This document shows, in pieces, positions 58,263 through 64,000 of a stretch of 64,000 bases of DNA. The stretch is from a virus (lineage: Duplodnaviria > Caudoviricetes), in the IMG/VR virus record IMGVR_UViG_2845860650_000005, positions 32,001-96,000 of that record; one strand, given 5' to 3'. Position numbers and translations under genes: made by a program. The notes under the pieces were generated by a model. It searched no databases. It had not been told where the DNA came from and saw only the letters and a list, made by a program, of their open reading frames with translations. Position 1 is the stretch's first letter, and each line of letters begins with the position of its first letter.

Positions 58263-59174
58263 CTAATTGCCAATTCTAAACGATTGCAAGCAATTATCGC
58301 ATTGCAGTAGATTTTTGTTTTTACCACTTCTCGCTGCTTGATAAACTTCACTACTATCACAAAACACACAAATATGTTTTGATTTAGTTCGCTCAACATT
58401 AATTGAAAATTGGCTTAAACAATCTTTACACCTGTGTCCCGAACCATATCTAATAGTATTAATACTTTTGCAAATCTTACAATTTGGACTTAAAAAGATT
58501 TTTGGCTTAATTCTTTTACCCCATCTGCCATTATTCCCAGTGGTTGCTGCATAACTGGGTATATTCAATTGAACTCTTTTGTTACTAATAACAGTTTTTG
58601 AAACCCCCGCTTGTTTCACCAAAGCATAATCAGGCATTTTCCCTAGCTGTTCAATAATAGTTTCAGAAAGTTCAATTTTGTTCCATCCACCCATTGCAGG
58701 AACAACAAAATTTGTTTGCAAGCATCTAGGAATTTTTAACTTTTCTCTCTTGTACTCTACTGATTTGCGATCGCACCCTAGTAATTCGGCAATATATGTA
58801 TCTGTTTGTTTACCTAATAAATTAATAGTCTCAGGCGTCCATACAACTCTTTTATTAGTCCCGTGGCCACCAAATACAGCAGACCCTTTGTTAGTAAGAG
58901 TATTTGTTATTGAGTAGAACTGTTGCCAAGCTTCTTCCTTTGCGATCGCCTCCTCTCTAGTTGCGTTCGTCACCAATTCAACCTCCCTGATTTGGGGTCT
59001 GACTCCTACAGCAAGCATCTGAGCTATGTATTTACCTTTTTCTGTTCTCTGCTTCTTCCCATCTCTAATGTGAGTATGCAACCTTCTATTAAGAGACATG
59101 GTTGTACGACCAACATAGAAAATACTTCCATCTCTAGGGTCAGCCAAGACATAAATATATGTGGTAGTATTCAT
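58263..59174 (-). CDS. Free-standing GIY-YIG endonuclease with HTH repeats and Zn ribbons
   Basis: YIYVL...FYVGRT...RRL..H...E...N; two LGK..D...A repeats; CxxC pairs. Confidence 0.8.
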   Translation of the reverse strand: MNTTTYIYVLADPRDGSIFYVGRTTMSLNRRLHTHIRDGKKQRTEKGKYIAQMLAVGVRPQIREVELVTNATREEAIAKEEAWQQFYSITNTLTNKGSAVFGGHGTNKRVVWTPETINLLGKQTDTYIAELLGCDRKSVEYKREKLKIPRCLQTNFVVPAMGGWNKIELSETIIEQLGKMPDYALVKQAGVSKTVISNKRVQLNIPSYAATTGNNGRWGKRIKPKIFLSPNCKICKSINTIRYGSGHRCKDCLSQFSINVERTKSKHICVFCDSSEVYQAARSGKNKNLLQCDNCLQSFRIGN

Positions 59175-59175
59175 T

Positions 59176-59260
59176 TGAGTAACATCTGACGCTATCGGTT
59201 ACTCTGCAACGTGTTAATAGCCTCTGTTCGTAGCAGAGGCTTGTTGCATTATAATCATTT
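59176..59260 (-). promoter_or_regulatory. Promoter and structured leader of the endonuclease gene
   Basis: TATAAT, then hairpins AGCCTCTG/CAGAGGCT, TGCAAC/GTTGCA and GAGTAAC/GTTACTC next to the ATG. Confidence 0.5.
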
Positions 59261-59286
59261 TACCATTAAATAAATCCCTAATTAAT

Positions 59287-59697
59287 ATGAATTATTCTCT
59301 GTTCGATGTTCTAGACATTATAAATTTTGAGTCAGGAAATATAAAATATCATCAAATCAAAAACCAACAATTCAAAAATGAAATATGGGAGTCTTCAAAG
59401 TTGATTAAATTATGGTGGTTTATGTGGAGACTCAGCCCTAAAGCTGATATGGTAGAGTTTATATTTTCAAAATTATTTGGGGAACATATTTCAATCGGTA
59501 ATTTAACTATCTTTGGATGCAATGCAATGATGTTCGCTTTTCAGTTGCGTACTAAAAAAGGTATTTGGTTATTTCAACCACCATGCTTTAACCTTTATCA
59601 TCATAAATTTACCTGGGGAATATTATATTTATCCCCTAACGGAACATCGAGACATCCAATGGCAAAAATCTATTATGGTAGAAAGCGATCGCCATGA
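59287..59697 (+). CDS. Hypothetical protein
   Basis: 136 aa. Confidence 0.55.
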   Translation: MNYSLFDVLDIINFESGNIKYHQIKNQQFKNEIWESSKLIKLWWFMWRLSPKADMVEFIFSKLFGEHISIGNLTIFGCNAMMFAFQLRTKKGIWLFQPPCFNLYHHKFTWGILYLSPNGTSRHPMAKIYYGRKRSP

Positions 59698-60001
59698 AGC
59701 TGCTAAAAATCAACCCCAATCAACGTTGGTATTTTGCAATATTTTGGCAACCAAACTTTAAAATTAGGGCAATCAGATTTATTGACTATTACTGTCACAA
59801 TTATTTACAAATTGGATGATTAGAGTTTGGTTTTATGTAAAGATGTGGAAAAATCCATGACATTCCATCTTAACGCGATCGCATCTACAATTAATATTTA
59901 TAGAAACCGCGATGTCTACGCGCTCTTACACTAAATATGAATCAATCTATAGAGCTATTATCGAAATTTAATGAGATTCACTCAAATCAAGCGAATATAG
60001 T

Positions 60002-60385
60002 GTGAATGCCATCAAAGGTTTCATAATATTAAGAAAAGTCCAAAAGTTGAGGGAAGTAAAAATGTCAATCAGGCAGCGCCGAAGAAACCGCCATAAACTA
60101 AAACTAATAAACAAACCAAAACTAGAACCAAATCCAATACTAATTAATTTTACTATTGATACTACTAAAGTAACATCCGCTATGTCTAGCGCCAGTAAGG
60201 CGATCGCTATTAGATTTGCTATTAATGCCTCTAAAGCAAAAGCCACTGAATATGAAGAACGAATGAAAAAGCTTGCTGATGGCATTGTTTTGAGAAAACA
60301 TCATGCATTAGTTGATACCAGTTATTTGCATCCTCGATTTAATCCCAACAATTGTAATTTCTTAGAGAAACATCCCGATACCTAA
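60002..60385 (+). CDS. Basic hypothetical protein
   Basis: Likely start MSIRQRR. Confidence 0.5.
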   Translation: MNAIKGFIILRKVQKLREVKMSIRQRRRNRHKLKLINKPKLEPNPILINFTIDTTKVTSAMSSASKAIAIRFAINASKAKATEYEERMKKLADGIVLRKHHALVDTSYLHPRFNPNNCNFLEKHPDT

Positions 60386-60405
60386 CGGATAGCTAGGATA
60401 CAACT

Positions 60406-60678
60406 ATGAATATTGACCAAATCAGAGATATGATGCTACTTTTACACCGTGAAGATTTTAAAGTCACGGATTGGGTAAAAGTAATTGATTCTGATTCTAA
60501 GAGATATTTATGTGTTGGTGAGGTGATTGAATGCTCTGATGGACATTTCAAAGTTGATTTTAAAGACGGTGAAAAAGAATGGTTCAAATATAATAAAATA
60601 TCTAGAACCTACGAACCACCAGAAGATAAGTATGAGGATGAAGGTACTGTTAATTGGTGGCCAGTCAAAAAAGAGTAG
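60406..60678 (+). CDS. KOW/SH3-like protein
   Basis: FKVTDWVKVID...GEVIE...VDF.DG. Confidence 0.6.
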   Translation: MNIDQIRDMMLLLHREDFKVTDWVKVIDSDSKRYLCVGEVIECSDGHFKVDFKDGEKEWFKYNKISRTYEPPEDKYEDEGTVNWWPVKKE

Positions 60679-60871
60679 TAATTTTGAGGTTTAGTAAATG
60701 GCGACTGAAGTGTTAAATATACCAGAAGAATATTTAGAGCAAGTAATACTAGTTATCCGTAGGGGTATACAGAAAAGTGAAGAATGTGGAGGAGTGCAGC
60801 AGGAAGTAATTGAGCAATTAAAAAAATGGTGTGATGAGGAGGAAGCTTATTTACAAGAAGAAGGCTAAAAC

Positions 60872-62400
60872 ATGAATTTGAAAGTTTTTAAATTTGATTG
60901 CTACCCCAATGCAATTAACTGGTTAAATGAAAATAGTGGCGTAGCAGTTCGCGGTGAAGATATGCCACCTAGCTCTTTTGGGGGTCGCGTTTCATTACAT
61001 TTATTATTTTCAAATTTAATGAGCCAAGGAGATAAGTTAAAAATATTAGAATTCTTCCCCCAATCTCAAGACTGCAACCAAATACGGGAAAAACTTGGAT
61101 ATCCACCGCTTGAATATCCTCACGCAAACTATTTAATTCATGGGTATACCCGTAATCAAATAGTTGAGATTTTAAAAAAGAACTTTGGTGCGATCGCGGT
61201 TAAATCTCCCTGCTGTATGGAGACTGTAGATAATGAAGAAGTGTTTTCCAGGTTGAAAGAATTAGAAATAAGACTTGGCGGGCCGTTAAGTCAGCAAGAC
61301 CCAACAAAAATTGGCGGCCTATATAGGAAATTGTACCAATGAGCCTAAAACCAATTCTACACACTCAAACTGGCGAAATTGTTGTTATTGAAGTCTCCCC
61401 TTTGTTTGAAATTAATCGTCAAGTTACAATTCTAGGAACTAAAAAATCGCTTGATATGGGTCTAGAATTAACTGATGAAGAATTGGTTACAAGTCTTTCT
61501 GCTTGTAGTGATGTTGGTAAAATACTTGAAAGCAAAGGGATTAAAGTTATTTATTGAAATATGCTAAAATTTACGGCTAGTTTGCAAAATGGTGGTACGC
61601 TTTATGGGTTTGGATTAGCAGAATCTAACCTTAATAGGTTAGAGTTCAATGACGAACCAATATTTTTTGATTTTGACTATGCCGGACATCCTGAATTGTT
61701 CGGATTAATTTTATATTTTGGTCAATTTGCAACACCTGAAGAAATTTCTGCCAATCCTGATGCAGTAGACAATCGCTGTATGCCTTTTATAGACGAAAAA
61801 TATGGGGTTACAGGAGAAACATTAAGGGTATTTCCAATTGCTAAAAGCATTATGGAGACAATGAGAAATACCCATCTGTACAGTTTTGAAACGAAATGTG
61901 AAATTAGTAATCCTAACGATATACAACTATTCTTCTCTGGGCGAACCGAGCAAGAACTCGCAGATTATTTCAGAAAAACTGGGCTTGTTACCCAAGAAAC
62001 AAGGCAATACAAAGGATTTGAAAAACGAGATAATTGATGTGGTATCAAAATTATGGAAAAGCCTGTAGTTAATTTAGTTCAAGAGTCTGTATACAACATT
62101 GATGTAGACTACAAAGTTATCAACAATGCTTACAAAGCTATTAAGGACTTTTACGAAAAGTACCGAACAAATCCCGATTATTTAATAGTTGGATCTTTAG
62201 TATTCGTTTCTATCGCTCATTATTTTATGAAAAATTATTATATGGCATTCGATGATATAACCTCTTTTGAAAACGTTCCGATGATTTTAGATCCTACTGC
62301 CAAAGTAGATAGTGCGATCGCAGTATTCGCATCTCCCAGCAAAGTATTAAAGTGCCAAGTAACTCCAGATGAAATAATAAAACCCGTAGACCAAAGCTAA
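60872..62400 (+). CDS. Run of four hypothetical ORFs (60872-61342, 61339-61557, 61561-62037, 62053-62400)
   Basis: Abutting ORFs. Confidence 0.6.
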
Positions 62401-62582
62401 ATTTCTTCAATTTGAATAGTAACTTTGTATTTCGGGCTACTAGAAGATTCATCACTACCAACAACAAAAAACATAGAGCCATTTTCATTACGCTCCAGAT
62501 TTGAAAGAACAACTAAATCATTGCCTTGTTCATCTTTTAAAATTAAATCTGCTATTTGGTTTCTGTACTTTTTGTTGTTCAT
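62397..62582 (-). CDS. Small hypothetical protein
   Basis: 61 aa. Confidence 0.45.
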   Translation of the reverse strand: MNNKKYRNQIADLILKDEQGNDLVVLSNLERNENGSMFFVVGSDESSSSPKYKVTIQIEEI

Positions 62583-62787
62583 AAACTTGTAACAACGTGC
62601 AATATTTAAAGTATACTAGTTAAGTTGTTAACTGCGGCAAGACATATCTCATTGAGGAAATTTGCAGCAAAGCGATTGCGTGTCAGGTGCGATCGCTTTT
62701 TTATGACAAAATAGTAATGTACAGCTTTTACTGTTGATTAATAAGCGACTGAAATGGGATAGAAGCAGCGTCAATTGACGCTGCTTT

Positions 62788-63350
62788 TTAATCAACTGAA
62801 GTTTCAAATAGAGCTTTCCAGAAATAAAAATCGGGACAATTGCACCAAACGGTAATAAATCCATCAAACAATTTTATTTCTGTCGGTCTAAAACCTTGAG
62901 GCAACATTTGAATTAGAACTGGAATATTTAAATCGCATTCCCAATGCTCAATTTCTTTTTTAACTTGAGCGATCGCATCTGGGTGAAACCCCTTATTGTT
63001 ATTACAGCATTGAGTAATCAAACAATCGTTGCCATCGCTTTTAGCTTTGTCAATTGATAAAGCTATATAATCCCACGCTGCTTGAACTTGGGCGTTAATA
63101 TTAGGAATGCCGTAGTTTTCTTTTAATATTTGTTTTCTACGTTTAGATTCTCCCATTATTCTTGCTCGATAATAATGTGTCCTAGCTCAATTTCTTTTTT
63201 GAGAGCCTCAAAAAGAAATTGAGTTCGCCCAGTTTCACTGGCCATATCATATCCTTCCATCCAAAAATTTGATTTGGCGTTATCTCTGGGTTGAAAAAGA
63301 ATATTGCTAATCCATCCATCATAAAAATCATTGTATCCTTTAACTTTCAT
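62788..63350 (-). CDS. Two hypothetical ORFs (62788-63156, 63156-63350)
   Basis: MGESKRRK start motif; TAATG coupling. Confidence 0.6.
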
Positions 63351-63838
63351 AGTTTTGGAAACTTCCTAATTTGCAAATCTTCAAGAAATTCTGACACATC
63401 GCCGCCTTTTCTATCGCATAATTTAACTTTGTATTAGTAACTGCTACACCATCGATGTAAGGCAAGGAATTAACAACATTTTCACCCAATTGTTTCACAA
63501 ATACTGGAACACTTGCATCTTGGCACTGCTTGACAAGCGATCGCACCCAGTCAATATGGTTTGAATGCAATCGACCAAGTTTACTACCGCGTTGGCGTAG
63601 CCCGCCGGAGGCATCGCACATCCAAACGGCAATGATTCAAAAGTTGATTGCTCTTTAGGAAAGTACTTGTTTTTCATATAAGTCCAGGCATTTTTTTGCT
63701 CGGAAGTCTTTTTCTTAGCAGCACAAACAATAAGCGACCGCGATAATTTGTACCCCAAGAACGTGTTTCATATCGCTTCACTTCCATACCAATTAAAGTT
63801 GCCCAAGGTTGCCATAATGATAGTGCTTTAATTTCCAT
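63347..63838 (-). pseudogene. Fused remnants: frameshifted ASCH gene joined to the C-terminus of a DUF5131 (Gp37/Gp68-like) gene
   Basis: MEIKALSLWQPWA...KRYETRSW...YRG; DWVRSLVKQCQDASVPVFVKQLG; DRKGGD..EF.EDLQIR in another frame. Confidence 0.75.
63589..63617. mobile_element. 21-nt SDR5-type element inserted in a HIP1 site
   Basis: GCG-[TTGGCGTAGCCCGCCGGAGGC]-ATCGC. Confidence 0.8.
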
Positions 63839-64000
63839 TTTTATCCTCACTAGTGATTAACAATTCCTTCAATAACTCCAGACAACATAGCTTGATGTTT
63901 AATCAAATTAAACGCAATGCCAGATATTCCATTACTGGGTTCAAAAATAGGGTCTTCTTCTAGGCTTTGAATCTCTAGCTGAATAGCTGCTTGCATTTCC

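Larger units (their letters stand above)
1..64000. mobile_element. Large prophage or phage-plasmid segment of a Nostocales-like cyanobacterium
   Basis: Terminase, RusA, ThyX, DarB-like pieces, exonuclease and many short overlapping ORFs; no host core genes; HIP1 and heptamer repeats throughout. Boundaries not seen. Confidence 0.85.

Noticed and set aside
58046-59260. Group I intron or intein in terL containing the endonuclease
   Set aside because: The endonuclease lies upstream of the terL ATG; the 21-nt insert is too short and no placement gives both a 5' exon U and a terminal G; no C...HN intein ends.

Overview
AT-rich DNA dense in HIP1 (GCGATCGC) sites, with Nostocales-type heptamer repeats and small mobile repeats. 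The whole window reads as part of a large prophage or phage-plasmid of a filamentous cyanobacterium; no host housekeeping, rRNA, tRNA or CRISPR locus was seen. Left to right: (1) 1-7.7 kb, putative virion/tail genes (- strand) and a divergent holin-like gene. (2) 9-35 kb, a long leftward early/anti-defence region with a PNK/phosphatase, vWA, PAPS-reductase, DndB/DGQHR, a Dnd-associated methyltransferase and a DarB-like methylase-helicase broken into three separated pieces; it is headed by a ~580-nt structured non-coding leader and an HLR1 (RpaB)-type promoter. (3) 35.8-44.5 kb, RusA, a nuclease, a four-helix-bundle cassette and an FtsK/membrane module. (4) 44.6-56 kb, a divergent switch, ThyX, a DEDDh exonuclease, a TerS-like gene and a tyrosine recombinase. 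(5) 56.7-59.2 kb, a terminase large subunit whose Walker A is interrupted by a 21-nt stop-containing insert, with a free-standing GIY-YIG endonuclease directly upstream (T4 gene 60/mobA-like layout). Several single-base frameshifts and deletions indicate decay and/or assembly error, which tempers the recoding hypotheses. All family assignments come from motif recognition by eye, not database searches.
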